Shown piece after piece: positions 1-9,618 of a stretch of 64,000 bases of DNA. Made by a program: the position numbers and the translations under genes. Where the stretch lies: IMG/VR virus record IMGVR_UViG_3300002485_000004, positions 6,563 to 70,562 of that record, one strand, 5' to 3'. Under the pieces are notes generated by a model, which had not been told where the DNA came from, did no database searches, and worked only from the letters and a program-made list of their open reading frames with translations. Positions within the stretch are counted from its first letter, which is position 1. Each line of letters starts with the position of its first letter. This stretch comes from a virus (lineage: Duplodnaviria; Caudoviricetes).

Positions 1-3000
1 CTTCACGCGCTCTGACTCACTGAAGGTCAGGTTCGAGTCGTCGGTCACCAGGTAGTATCCGTCGCTCTTGTATCCGTCCACAGTGAGCTGCTGGTCTGCG
101 TCGATGTTCCAGAAGTCTCCAGCTCCCTCGCTGATCAACTCCACATCGAAGTAGTACAAGCCTGCGCCGGCATCGTTCTCCGACATGGCCGTGGTGGTAA
201 TCCGCTGCGTACCGTTGCGCATCACCTTGAACGACTGCCCGCTGAGCGTGGATGCCCAGTTCCCATCAATCGGGAAGGCTGGGGACACCAGCAACTGCGT
301 GGATGAGGACACGGACGAGATCTCGTACTCCCCAGCGTGCGGCGACACGTTGTTGATGTCATTCGTGGAGAAGGATGGCGTTCCCGCGTGCCCGTACAAG
401 TTCCCCAAAATGAGGGGGTAAGAAGAAACGGGCGTACCGTCCTTCTTGACCGAGAACTTCACATTCGCTTCGAACTGAAGTCGGTCATCTGCATCAACGC
501 TGGCAACCTCAACACCAGCTATGGCGTTGATTTGATCTACCATCCCACCAATCGTCACGTCGGTGACGGGGATCGAGGTGTCGTCGCGGATGAAGGTCAG
601 TACCCGCTCTGGACCGTCGTCGATGCTGAACCGGAACACCTTCCCAGCCAGCCCAACAATGGGGTCCACGGTCAACTGGGTGCTGCCCTTGACCGGCCAG
701 TAGTCGATCACAACTACATCCGCGGCGTGCACGCCGCTCAAAATGAAGTTCTGAGAACTCGCCGTCAGCTGGTTGCCACCGTTGTTTTGCGTAGAGGCGT
801 CGTTGGACGGCTCCCCATCCGGCAGCGGAGGAAGTAACTGGTATCCCAAGGTGGGGTCGGGGATGAACCTGGCGATGCCGGATTCCCCAAGGTCCAAGGA
901 GAACACGGTGGATTCCGCAGTCACCTCGAAGCTGGTGGGTTCCAAGAAATAAACCCGCACGCTGCCAACCGATCGCGTCCCGATGTTCACGCTTCTACGA
1001 ACCTCGGGGGAGAAGTACGTACCCTCCCCTCCGATCATGGCAGCATCGTCTTTGGCGTTCACTAGTGCTTGCGAGATGCTGAGACCTGGGAACCCATCCG
1101 GCTGAAGAATGAACGGCGCGCTGTAGAACCCAACGTTCCTTCCGTCTAGAACCTGAAGCACATCCAGCCCTCGGGTGTAGTCGATGAGGGGGCTGACGGT
1201 TCCCCACCCGCCGTCTGCCAGCACTGCATCCGAGCGAATGTCCGCGGTGGTCCTGAGCTCGATGTCTCCGAAGAAGAAGGATTGCCCGTTGCCGCCGGTG
1301 ACGCCGACAAACCCATTCCCAACCGGGCGAATGCCGAAGCGTGAATCGTCGACGGCGGTAACTACCTCAGAGTACCCAACCCCAGCCACCGCCTCGATGG
1401 CGTTGTTGAGCTCAGCCACGAGCGCGCTCAACGTTGCGTAGGCTGCCACTGTGACCGTTACAGTTCGAGAACCGAGGCCCCCAAGGTACAGAACGAATAC
1501 ATTTGCCCCTGCGACTACAGTAAGGGGGAACGAGAACGCTGCAGACACCAGCCCCAGCTGCACATCGATGAGGGAATGCTTCACCCCTCGAGCCGGGTTC
1601 TGGAAGCTTCTGGATTGCACATCCACCGGCTTGGCGTATGGAACGAACGAGCCTTGAGGCTGCGAGCTGGAGTCGAGAAGCTCCACGCTGCGGACCCGGA
1701 TGAGCGGGGTGTCCAACGACTCGGCGCCGGGGGTGAAGATGATGTACGAGCCGTCGGAGAAGGACCTGGAGAACTCGCGGGTGACCGTGAACCTATCCGG
1801 CGTCAACGGGTTTGGGTCTGCTTCGACGATGTAGTCTCCACGCTCCTCCCCCTCCAGGACTCGAAGAACGTCATCTTTCGCCACGCTGTAGGCCAAGTAG
1901 TTCAAGCCACTTCCGGACCTGACGACCTTGTTCCCCTGCACCGCCACCAAGTCGGTGGCCACCAGCTTGGTTTCCTTAGGCTCGTTGAGGTCTAGGTTGA
2001 TGACGTCGAACAACCGCCAACGCCGAGGAACGGGGTCTAAAGCCGGGGCTGGGCTTGTAGTGAGCACGTTGCCAGAGCGCTGAAGCACTCGGTACGCACC
2101 GGCGTTGGGCCCGTCGAACACCTGGATGGTCCAACCTCCAGCTTCCGCTTGTGCCAGCACGCTCTCGACGGCTGCATCCAACGGAAGCGTGTAGTCTGAC
2201 AGCGTGAAGCCGGTAGTTACCGTTTCTAGCGCACTGATGCCACTGAGGATGGGGGCATCATCGGTGACGTTGGTGATGGTGAGCGTGGCCTCATCGAAGT
2301 CCGACGTCCGCACGTGGATGTCGTTAGCTCCACCAATGTGAATGGAGTCGGATGGGATGGTGACCTCTCCGTTGGGGCCATTGGGGTACAGTATGCCGCC
2401 TGGTATCCCACTCAGCGTGAGCTCCCTACGCCGCAAGAACCAGCGGAGCTCGCTCTCCCCGTAGACCAGCTCTTGGCTCTCCAAGTCGATGGAGGAGTCA
2501 CCAGCTACTGTGGACACGAACCTACGAACTACGTAGTCGCCAGCCACTGTTGAATCACCCACGATGGTGATCACGCTGCTGGCGTTGATGAGCCCAGAGA
2601 AGTCGGTCTCATCAGTCACGAACCGGCGGGACTTCGCCTGCCCCTCGCCGTCGGGGGCAGTACGACCAAGCTTCCCAGACGCCAGGATGGGCCCCAACCC
2701 ACCTCCCCGAATGACGTCCCGCTGCATCTCTGGGTCATTGAACCCAACCACGTTCAGTCGGTTCACGTCCGAGAACGCCTCGAGCACCTTGGCTGCGATC
2801 CCCCTGAGCGTGACCAGGCTCTTCTCGCCGAGGCTCTTCTGAACGCGGGCCACGTAGTCGACGACGTTCTCTTCCTCCTCGCCAAACTTGAACCTGGACA
2901 GGTTCATCACTCGAACCGCCCCCGGTATGTTCGCCACGGAGGACAGCTCGTTGGGGCCAATGTCATACGCGGTCCCTGGACGCTCAGCGATGACGTTGAC

Positions 3001-3555
3001 GTCGAAGTAGTACAAGTTCCCGTCGGTGACGTTCAGCGCCATCTCTGCCGTACGGATGCTCTGCAGCTCCGTTGGGAAGAAGACGAGCCCACCGCGCGAC
3101 GTGAAGAAGTTGTTCTGGTTGATGGACTGGTTGCTGGGCGACCCGAACAGGATGCGGGAAACCCCCCGAGAGTACCGACCCCTACGCCTCGGGATGAAGA
3201 AGTTGCCGCCGAGGCTGTCCGCCTCATCGAGCGTCAGCGTAGTCGGGTCCTGCAGGGACAGGTTTCGCTGAACGCGTGCTGTCTCCCGCACTATCGGGTC
3301 CCACAGAAGTGAGTTGGCTTTCACCAACAGGTCGGTGAGGTTGTCCCCATCGTTCAACGCCATGCGTGGGTACGCTTGCTTCAGGCGCGTGATGAGGAAG
3401 GTGACCAGGTCCACCGTGAATGGGTCGATCCCCACACGGCGAAGCAACGGCTGAATCACCTTGCTGTCGAAAGGCGAGCCGGCAGTCGTGTCCAGGCTAC
3501 TATCATAAACAGACGCCCGCTCCCGCATGAAAGACTCAAGGTCGCGCAGTCCCAC
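1..3555 (-). CDS. Large baseplate J-like / wedge protein (runs off the window start)
   Basis: Minus-strand frame read as open at both ends (GTG at 3555, and at base 1); interior not translated codon by codon. Contains a BpJ-like segment (SRFKFGEEEENVVDYVARVQKSLGEKSLVTLRGIAAKV). Lies next to a gp25-like gene. Missing from the ORF track, presumably because it is truncated. Confidence 0.7.
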   Translation of the reverse strand, partial: MGLRDLESFMRERASVYDSSLDTTAGSPFDSKVIQPLLRRVGIDPFTVDLVTFLITRLKQAYPRMALNDGDNLTDLLVKANSLLWDPIVRETARVQRNLSLQDPTTLTLDEADSLGGNFFIPRRRGRYSRGVSRILFGSPSNQSINQNNFFTSRGGLVFFPTELQSIRTAEMALNVTDGNLYYFDVNVIAERPGTAYDIGPNELSSVANIPGAVRVMNLSRFKFGEEEENVVDYVARVQKSLGEKSLVTLRGIAAKVLEAFSDVNRLNVVGFNDPEMQRDVIRGGGLGPILASGKLGRTAPDGEGQAKSRRFVTDETDFSGLINASSVITIVGDSTVAGDYVVRRFVSTVAGDSSIDLESQELVYGESELRWFLRRRELTLSGIPGGILYPNGPNGEVTIPSDSIHIGGANDIHVRTSDFDEATLTITNVTDDAPILSGISALETVTTGFTLSDYTLPLDAAVESVLAQAEAGGWTIQVFDGPNAGAYRVLQRSGNVLTTSPAPALDPVPRRWRLFDVINLDLNEPKETKLVATDLVAVQGNKVVRSGSGLNYLAYSVAKDDVLRVLEGEERGDYIVEADPNPLTPDRFTVTREFSRSFSDGSYIIFTPGAESLDTPLIRVRSVELLDSSSQPQGSFVPYAKPVDVQSRSFQNPARGVKHSLIDVQLGLVSAAFSFPLTVVAGANVFVLYLGGLGSRTVTVTVAAYATLSALVAELNNAIEAVAGVGYSEVVTAVDDSRFGIRPVGNGFVGVTGGNGQSFFFGDIELRTTADIRSDAVLADGGWGTVSPLIDYTRGLDVLQVLDGRNVGFYSAPFILQPDGFPGLSISQALVNAKDDAAMIGGEGTYFSPEVRRSVNIGTRSVGSVRVYFLEPTSFEVTAESTVFSLDLGESGIARFIPDPTLGYQLLPPLPDGEPSNDASTQNNGGNQLTASSQNFILSGVHAADVVVIDYWPVKGSTQLTVDPIVGLAGKVFRFSIDDGPERVLTFIRDDTSIPVTDVTIGGMVDQINAIAGVEVASVDADDRLQFEANVKFSVKKDGTPVSSYPLILGNLYGHAGTPSFSTNDINNVSPHAGEYEISSVSSSTQLLVSPAFPIDGNWASTLSGQSFKVMRNGTQRITTTAMSENDAGAGLYYFDVELISEGAGDFWNIDADQQLTVDGYKSDGYYLVTDDSNLTFSESERVK

Positions 3556-3556
3556 T

Positions 3557-4216
3557 TCAGACCTCCAGGTTCAACCGCGCTGGGCGGCCACTCTGCGGCA
3601 CCAACTCCACGTTTATGAACAACGCCGCGGACGCCCTGCTGAACGTGGCACCCACCAGCGTCGCGCTGAGAAGTCTCTCGTCCGCGGGAAGAGAGCCATC
3701 TCTGCTTTGAAGAGATATTATCTGGCGAGCTGTACGGTCGATGGCGATCGTGAAGTCAGCCTTGATGGTGTTCCCCTCAACAGCATCAAAGTTACTACCG
3801 ACGTTCTTCAGCGCGCCACCGCCAAGCTGCCTGTTGAAGCGGTCACTGCCTGGGTTAGACAGCAGCAGCTTGATGAACAGCTGAACCAACCTGTTGATGC
3901 CCTGCGTGCGCCCCGGGGTGTCCCCAATGCGGAACCTCAGCAGGCTCTTTGAGGTCACTGTGAACGTACGCGAAAGTACCAGGACGCTTCGTACATCTGG
4001 GTTACGCTGCAAGCTGTCCGGCAGCTGCGCGAGCAACCTGGTCTTCGATAGAACAACCACATCCGGGGACGAGATGTCGTTGATCATCACATCGTCGACG
4101 GACCGGAAGTCTTCACCAGTTACGTCCAGCGTCCCGATGCCCCTCACCGACGCGTACTTGACGTTGTTGATCGGGATGGCGTCCTGGGGGACTACAGTTT
4201 GTAGATCGATGCCCAC
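3557..4216 (-). CDS. Baseplate wedge gp25-like protein with N-terminal IPT/Ig-like domain
   Basis: RLVQLFIKLLLSNPGSDRFNRQLGGG...ERLLSATLV...INVELV pattern resembles gp25; directly upstream of the BpJ-like gene. Confidence 0.6.
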   Translation of the reverse strand: MGIDLQTVVPQDAIPINNVKYASVRGIGTLDVTGEDFRSVDDVMINDISSPDVVVLSKTRLLAQLPDSLQRNPDVRSVLVLSRTFTVTSKSLLRFRIGDTPGRTQGINRLVQLFIKLLLSNPGSDRFNRQLGGGALKNVGSNFDAVEGNTIKADFTIAIDRTARQIISLQSRDGSLPADERLLSATLVGATFSRASAALFINVELVPQSGRPARLNLEV

Positions 4217-4284
4217 GGGATGAGTCTAGCACGTACCCCAAGAGGAGCAGACCAGTCAACCGGTCAGCTTAACAGGCTGGATTT

Positions 4285-5403
4285 CTAAGCGTTGATGACG
4301 CCATCCACACCGAGCTTTTTCATGGCCTGCTCGAGCAGCGACAGCGTCTTCCAGTCCAAGATTCCATCGGCTTCGCTCTGCGCGGCACCAGAGCTGAGCT
4401 CGAACTCCCGCAAGGCCCACGTGGACTTCTTACCGAACACGCCGTCGGCGCCTTTCGGCCCCAGGTCATAGCCAAGGCGGATGAGCGCGCGCTGCACATC
4501 TCCAATGTCCAAGAACTGGTCTGGGAACGTTCGGTTGAACTTCGCGATGTCTTCCGCCATATCCGGCAAGTCGACACCGAACAGCCTCTCGATCACGGGC
4601 CGGATCTTGTTGTACCGGCCTGGGTAAATGCTGATGCCGGGATCGAACACCAGGTGCTTCAGTACGGAGAGCAGCCAGGGAAACGTGAACCGTTCCACCT
4701 TGTCACCCATCTCGTTCACTGCCGCCTGCAGCGCTTCGCTGGCCTTCCTTGGGTTGTTGGCCGCGAAGCTCAGGTACGCCGCGTAGAAGGCCAGTGACTC
4801 CGGGGATGATACCTCGCGGGCTTCACGGGTTAGATCTTTGGACAGGGCCCCAACCAGGAAGAACATAGCAACGCGCTTCGCCGTGAACTGAATCTGCGCT
4901 TCACGGGCCGCTGGGCTCTGCCAAACGTCGGCGGCAGCCGCCACCCACAGCTTTGCCGCGTACTTCTGCTCGTCGCTCCAGCCGCCCTTGCTCCCCGAAG
5001 CCCCAGCAAAGTACATGGACGCTTGCTGATCTACTGTGCTCACAGGTACACCATGGCGCCCCTGAAAGTGCCCACTTGCCTTATCGAACCGGTACTCCCT
5101 GGTGGCAGCCACGGACTGAACATGCGCCAGCGCGGCATCATCCAGCAGCGTGTACATCTGGTCCACGAAGTACAGCGGAGACCGGTTGCACCACTGGATG
5201 ACGCCCTGCGTGTCGATGCAACTGTCGTACCTATTGATGGCATCCAGCGCGCCACCTTCAGTGGCCGTGATCACGGAGATCACCTGATGCTCAAGCGTGG
5301 GGTTCTTCGGGAGCTCGTACTTCAACACCCCGGGATACCACGGGCCCTCGAACGTGTTGTAGCTGCCCCAGCGAATGTCCTCGATCTTCGTAGGCATGGT
5401 CAT
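4285..5403 (-). CDS. Putative endolysin (lysozyme-like N-terminus, C-terminal peptidoglycan-binding domain)
   Basis: C-terminal VQRALIRLGYDLGPKGADGVFGKKSTWALREFE is a PG_binding_1 motif; the N-terminal TEGG..DAINRYD..QGVIQW is glycosidase-like. Confidence 0.65.
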   Translation of the reverse strand: MTMPTKIEDIRWGSYNTFEGPWYPGVLKYELPKNPTLEHQVISVITATEGGALDAINRYDSCIDTQGVIQWCNRSPLYFVDQMYTLLDDAALAHVQSVAATREYRFDKASGHFQGRHGVPVSTVDQQASMYFAGASGSKGGWSDEQKYAAKLWVAAAADVWQSPAAREAQIQFTAKRVAMFFLVGALSKDLTREAREVSSPESLAFYAAYLSFAANNPRKASEALQAAVNEMGDKVERFTFPWLLSVLKHLVFDPGISIYPGRYNKIRPVIERLFGVDLPDMAEDIAKFNRTFPDQFLDIGDVQRALIRLGYDLGPKGADGVFGKKSTWALREFELSSGAAQSEADGILDWKTLSLLEQAMKKLGVDGVINA

Positions 5404-5729
5404 TCCGGCTCCTCTGGCGTGTTCACGTCCCGCGTCTCGTCCTTCCTCAAGAACATCTCCGGCGGCACCTGCTTCAGCTCTTCTACCGCCTGCGACAGGT
5501 TCTGGTATACGCGCTCCGTTCTGTCGAGCTCGTTGGGTCGTATCCGCGTGCTCTCCCCCTGTATAGCGTCGATCTGAAGCTGCAGCGCCTCCTCGAACGT
5601 GAAAGCGTTGAAGGACTGAACCGACTTCTCACCCTCCAACTGCGCGAACGCGTCGTTGAGTGCCTGCCGCTGCTTCACGTGCAGGCTCTGCAGCTGATGC
5701 TCACTCGCGGTGTCCTGCCGGTCTGCCAT
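5400..5729 (-). CDS. Hypothetical protein
   Basis: 109-aa ORF overlapping the endolysin start by 4 nt. Confidence 0.55.
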   Translation of the reverse strand: MADRQDTASEHQLQSLHVKQRQALNDAFAQLEGEKSVQSFNAFTFEEALQLQIDAIQGESTRIRPNELDRTERVYQNLSQAVEELKQVPPEMFLRKDETRDVNTPEEPE

Positions 5730-5776
5730 GCAAGTATTCTACATGAGCGGGCATCAAAGTCACGAGAGGAGAATCT

Positions 5777-6589
5777 ATGCCACCAGTTCTACGCCTTGGG
5801 ACCACCAACGAGTGGGTCACCGTATGGACCACCTTCCTGTACTCTGCGGGTTTGTCCGACAGCATCTACAGCGGCTACACCACCTCCGCGAAGGAGAATA
5901 CCAAATCGTTCCAACGAAAGTACGGACTGATCGACGACGGGGACGTTGGAGAGCAAAGCTGGGGGATGGCAATGGCCCTCGGCCTTCGAATCGATGCGGA
6001 CGCGCACGTAACGGAGTTTTCTCAAGTTCGACCTCCTGCTGGTCTCACGTACATCCGAAGTGATGACAGAGAGAAGTTCTTCGGAGTTCTTCGCTACACG
6101 GACGCGCCTACGAAGGGCAACATCGACGGCATCAAGATTACGAATGGGTGGGTCGCCAGCAATATCGCCACCGTATTCGTGCCACAGCTGAAGACATTAG
6201 CTGGGCTCGCCGTTGGATGCGGGTTCCCAACGAGCGGCAAGGTGCAGTGGCATGCCAACTACGTTGAAGATCTCCTCGGATTCTTCAGGGACGTAGAGCT
6301 GTACAACCTGCTAGGCCACATCATGACCTGGGGCGGGTCTTGGGCGCCGCGCAAGGTTCGCGGTGGAACGGCCCTCAGCAACCACGCGTACGCCACCGCC
6401 TTCGACATCAACGTCGCCTGGAACGGCCTGGGCCGTAGACCTGCAGGCAGGGGAGAGAAAGGGTCAGTGGTAGAGCTGGTGGAGCTCGCTGCAAAGAACC
6501 GATTCTGGTGGGGCGGGTGGGGGTGGCCGCCCAACAACCGCTTGGATGGAATGCACTTCGAGATCGGGAAGCACGACATCCTGCGATGA
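5777..6589 (+). CDS. Peptidoglycan-binding domain + M15-family peptidase
   Basis: TKSFQRKYGLIDDGDVG (PG-binding); SNHAYATAFDIN and DGMHFE are M15 zinc-binding motifs. Confidence 0.8.
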   Translation: MPPVLRLGTTNEWVTVWTTFLYSAGLSDSIYSGYTTSAKENTKSFQRKYGLIDDGDVGEQSWGMAMALGLRIDADAHVTEFSQVRPPAGLTYIRSDDREKFFGVLRYTDAPTKGNIDGIKITNGWVASNIATVFVPQLKTLAGLAVGCGFPTSGKVQWHANYVEDLLGFFRDVELYNLLGHIMTWGGSWAPRKVRGGTALSNHAYATAFDINVAWNGLGRRPAGRGEKGSVVELVELAAKNRFWWGGWGWPPNNRLDGMHFEIGKHDILR

Positions 6590-6630
6590 AATCAGCGGGC
6601 TCTCCACGGCATAACAGCTGTGGAGGGACC

Positions 6631-6723
6631 ATGCTGCAGCTCCTGAGCATGGCCGTCTTCGGGTGGACCGTGTGGCGCGCCTACAAGCGCAACAACGAGT
6701 TCTACCCAGGCGGCCGGGGGTGA
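6631..6723 (+). CDS. 30-aa single-pass membrane peptide
   Basis: GGCATAAC promoter motif and GGAGG SD upstream; hydrophobic N-terminus followed by a basic tail. Confidence 0.4.
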   Translation: MLQLLSMAVFGWTVWRAYKRNNEFYPGGRG

Positions 6724-7073
6724 TTCCCCTTTACTCACGGAAAGCTACGGGCCGCCGACGCTGAGGGATTGGGATGGGGACGCCGGCGGCCCATAGGCAG
6801 CGTTTAGGGCTTCTGGTTCGAGGAGACCACGATCGTCTCCTTCGTCGACGCGCCGTCGCCCTTGTTACGGCGCTTCATGTCCGCCTCCATTGTACGGGAC
6901 TTGCGGTTCGCGTTCAAGTCCCCGTACTGCTTGATTCGGTCTTCCACTCTTCCCTCGTCCTTCAGGTGTTACCGGTTGCTCTGGACAGACGCGACAGTTG
7001 TACCTGCCGTTCGGACGGCAGTCAACAAGGAAGTTCTTGCTGTTCATGAACAACCCCGTGCTAGAAAGGTTCC

Positions 7074-7973
7074 ATGTCACCACTTGCCCAGTACATGTTC
7101 ATGTTTTTGTTGAACCATACCGGACCAGGAAACTCCGTCTATTCGATGGAGCTCTTGCCCCTGTGCGGCTTCGACAAGAGCTCACCCGCGTGTGACATCA
7201 CGCCTACTTGCATCGCAGATTCTCCGTTATGCGCACCACCTCGCTGGAGTGAATACAGGAGCGGATGGGTGCGTGTAGAAACAAGAGAGTCAGCAGCTCA
7301 ACGGTACAAGGCAGCAGCAGAGTCCCTGGTTCGAACGGCCACGTATCTCACGCGCTGTACGGACGAAGACGGGTCTGTCATCGAGGACTGCACCCCCGTC
7401 CGGTGGCCAGAAGGTCCCCAAAGCGCTGCGTGCGCCATGCTCGCCAGCTCTATCTGGGAGAGTGGCTACCGCGAGGACATCATGATTGGAGCACCTCCTG
7501 CAGGCCGCGGGCCAGATGGCGAAGCCTGCGTGATGCAGGTGATGCCGCAGCACATCGCCGCCAACGTCAGCTGGCTGTCTGAGGACCAGCGGCTGGCTAT
7601 GAGCACAGAGGACATCGCCAAGATGGTCCTGGGTAGCGACCGAGACAGCCTGAAGCGCTGCTACGAAGCTGGAGGGCGAATGCTGGCCAAGTTCCGTGCG
7701 CACGCTGGAGCTACCTGCAAGGGCACCACGTGGGCCTACTCCATGTACTCCGCTTACGGGACCGGAGGGCAGTGCTCCCCGTCCACCACCAGGGCAGCTT
7801 TGGAGAAGGAGAAGCTGGAGACCCAGGGACGGGTACAAATCCCCGTCGGTGACAAGGACGACCAGAAGCCAAAGACCGTGGACTGGGCGGCGCAGCGTGA
7901 GAAGACGTACAACACCTGCATGAACCGCTGGCCTGACGGGGAGAAACTACAGGACTGGGCGGAGGCCATCTGA
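7074..7973 (+). CDS. Possible lytic transglycosylase-like protein
   Basis: SIWESGYREDI...EACVMQVMPQH resembles SLT motifs I/II; Cys-rich. Confidence 0.45.
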   Translation: MSPLAQYMFMFLLNHTGPGNSVYSMELLPLCGFDKSSPACDITPTCIADSPLCAPPRWSEYRSGWVRVETRESAAQRYKAAAESLVRTATYLTRCTDEDGSVIEDCTPVRWPEGPQSAACAMLASSIWESGYREDIMIGAPPAGRGPDGEACVMQVMPQHIAANVSWLSEDQRLAMSTEDIAKMVLGSDRDSLKRCYEAGGRMLAKFRAHAGATCKGTTWAYSMYSAYGTGGQCSPSTTRAALEKEKLETQGRVQIPVGDKDDQKPKTVDWAAQREKTYNTCMNRWPDGEKLQDWAEAI

Positions 7974-7982
7974 ACTGGGGCT

Positions 7983-8038
7983 AGAAGGAAAGCGGGGGCA
8001 TGACCCCCGCGCATCCTCCAGCGGCTTCTTAGCTAGCC
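7983..8038 (+). terminator. Branched hairpin + CTAGCC element between convergent genes
   Basis: Outer stem AGAAG/CTTCT, inner GCGGGGG-CATGA-CCCCCGC, then CTAGCC. Confidence 0.5.
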
Positions 8039-8274
8039 ACAGTTCCGACGGCCGGTTGAAGCCGGTTGTACTCTTCCTTGTGCCTCTCGTACTCCTCACG
8101 GGAATCGAAGGTGATGTACGTAACGTGTTGGAAATACTTCCAGTCCTCGTTCCTGTTCCACGTGAACTGACACCGAGGACCGTGGCAAGAACCTTCGTTT
8201 GCTGCCCTGTCCGTACCATAGAACGGTGACAGGCACAGAGGGCACGTGAACTTCATGTGCGTTGCGGTATTCAT
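8029..8274 (-). CDS. Small zinc-finger-like hypothetical protein
   Basis: CPLC...CHGPRC; strong AGGAGG SD. Confidence 0.6.
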   Translation of the reverse strand: MNTATHMKFTCPLCLSPFYGTDRAANEGSCHGPRCQFTWNRNEDWKYFQHVTYITFDSREEYERHKEEYNRLQPAVGTVAS

Positions 8275-8282
8275 ATCCTCCT

Positions 8283-8370
8283 ATCCCGGAGACAGCCGGG
8301 CCTGGTTGGTGCTGTGCGCTCCATCCGCGCCCGATCCAAACGGGTCGTCCCGGAGACAGCCGGGCCTGGT
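8283..8370 (-). CRISPR. Mini-array A: 2 repeats, one 40-nt spacer
   Basis: Repeats at 8283-8306 and 8347-8370 read ACCAGGCCCGGCTGTCTCCGGGA(T/C) on the minus strand, matching the array after the TnpB-like gene. Confidence 0.7.
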
Positions 8371-8478
8371 GGTCGTAACTCAGCAACAAAAGACTGAGGC
8401 AGCCCACGGGCCCGGTCGTGGGTTCCGCAAGCTGCCTCGGGCACTACGGGAGGTGTCACCCTCCCGCAGCGCATGGAC

Positions 8479-9027
8479 CTAGTATAGCAGGTCCTCACTC
8501 AACGTAGGCGGCGTAGACGGGTCGCCGTGCTGATTCCAGCGGGCCTTGGCGTAGCGGACGCACCGCATCATCCATCCCGGAAGTTCCGGGATCTTGTGCT
8601 TGATTAGGGCATCGGCTGCCGCGACCATGAGGGCGGCCTGCTTCTGGTACGCCAGATTCAGGTCTGGTTCCTTGTGGCCGACCACCTCCAGCTCCCTGAG
8701 CTTGCCCTTGAGCACCTTGAGCTCCTTCTTCTGCTCTTCCAAGTACTCCGCCAGCTTGACCTTCGTGACAATCGCGGCCTCCCTGGTAGCCAGCGACTTC
8801 TGCATCCCCTCGAGCATCGGGAACTCCCCGAAGCGCTTGTGGAGCTCTCCGAAGTTCAGCAACGACACGTACAGCGCAAGGCTGCTGTCCTCGATCTTCA
8901 GGAGCCGGTTCAGCGCCTTGGCAGCCACGTGCATGTTCTTGTCCTTCAGCGCTTTGAGGCAGAACTCCTGCGGAGCCTCGGCCAGTGCCGCGAGCTTCTG
9001 ATCTCTGGTCATCTCTTTCGTTGCCAC
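8479..9027 (-). CDS. Hypothetical helical protein
   Basis: 182-aa ORF with phage-like codon usage. Confidence 0.65.
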   Translation of the reverse strand: MATKEMTRDQKLAALAEAPQEFCLKALKDKNMHVAAKALNRLLKIEDSSLALYVSLLNFGELHKRFGEFPMLEGMQKSLATREAAIVTKVKLAEYLEEQKKELKVLKGKLRELEVVGHKEPDLNLAYQKQAALMVAAADALIKHKIPELPGWMMRCVRYAKARWNQHGDPSTPPTLSEDLLY

Positions 9028-9115
9028 TGTCTTCCTACTTTCTACGCCCGAAGGCGCATTGGTGAGCGGGGACCCACAGAAGCTCTACCACGACACTCCC
9101 ATGGGTATCCCCAGG

Positions 9116-9189
9116 TGGACTCAGCCGGATTCGGACCGGCAACAGCTCGCTTATGAGGCGAGGGCTCTAACCGATTGAGCTATGAGTCC
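9116..9189 (-). tRNA. tRNA with CAT anticodon (elongator Met or Ile2)
   Basis: Acceptor GGACTCA/TGAGTCC; anticodon arm CTCGC-CT-CAT-AA-GCGAG; T-loop reads GTCCGAATC. Confidence 0.9.
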
Positions 9190-9190
9190 G

Positions 9191-9263
9191 AGCTGGCGAG
9201 AGGAATCGAACCCCCAACCACCGATTTACAAAACCGGTGCTCTACCTATTGAGCTACACCAGC
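9191..9263 (-). tRNA. trnT: tRNA-Thr(TGT)
   Basis: GCTGGTG/CGCCAGC acceptor; CCGGT-TT-TGT-AA-ATCGG; GGTTCGATTC T-loop. Confidence 0.95.
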
Positions 9264-9545
9264 AAAAAGGTGGCACCTGATAGCATCTACGGGGCAAGCC
9301 CCTCAGCCACTAGGTGTTCCCGCTCGGGCCCATACGCCGCTTCATCGAGCTAACGCCCTCGACGGCGTGCAGGTTGTTCCCTCACAGCCCGGCACCGCCA
9401 CACCAGGGCTCTTCGAGCAGACCGTTTTTGCCAGCGTCACCTGGCTTCTTCATAGGCTCTCCAGCTCCTACTAGCCGTTGACACCCCACGAGGGTTTCAG
9501 ATGCATGGTTTTGGCACACCTGAATCTCTATGAGCACGGCGCGGG

Positions 9546-9618
9546 TTGAACGGACAGGGGTTGAACCTGCGACATGCGCCTTGTAAGGGCACCGCTCTAC
9601 CGACTGAGCTACCGTTCA
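9546..9618 (-). tRNA. trnV: tRNA-Val(TAC)
   Basis: TGAACGG/CCGTTCA acceptor; GTGCC-CT-TAC-AA-GGCGC anticodon arm. Confidence 0.93.

Noticed and set aside
185-3450. Many short ORFs on both strands
   Set aside because: They are shadow frames of the single long minus-strand baseplate gene.
6803-6970. Coding-like minus frame (LKDEGRVEDRIKQYGD...NQKP) suggesting a frameshift from 6865-7083
   Set aside because: No slippery site identified; an independent GTG start explains it equally well.
8271-8498. 75-aa ORF across array A (likewise 33960-34295, 63277-63564 and similar)
   Set aside because: The translations are repeat-derived (TRPGCLRD, SRSQPGL), lack SD sites and overlap RNA structures.
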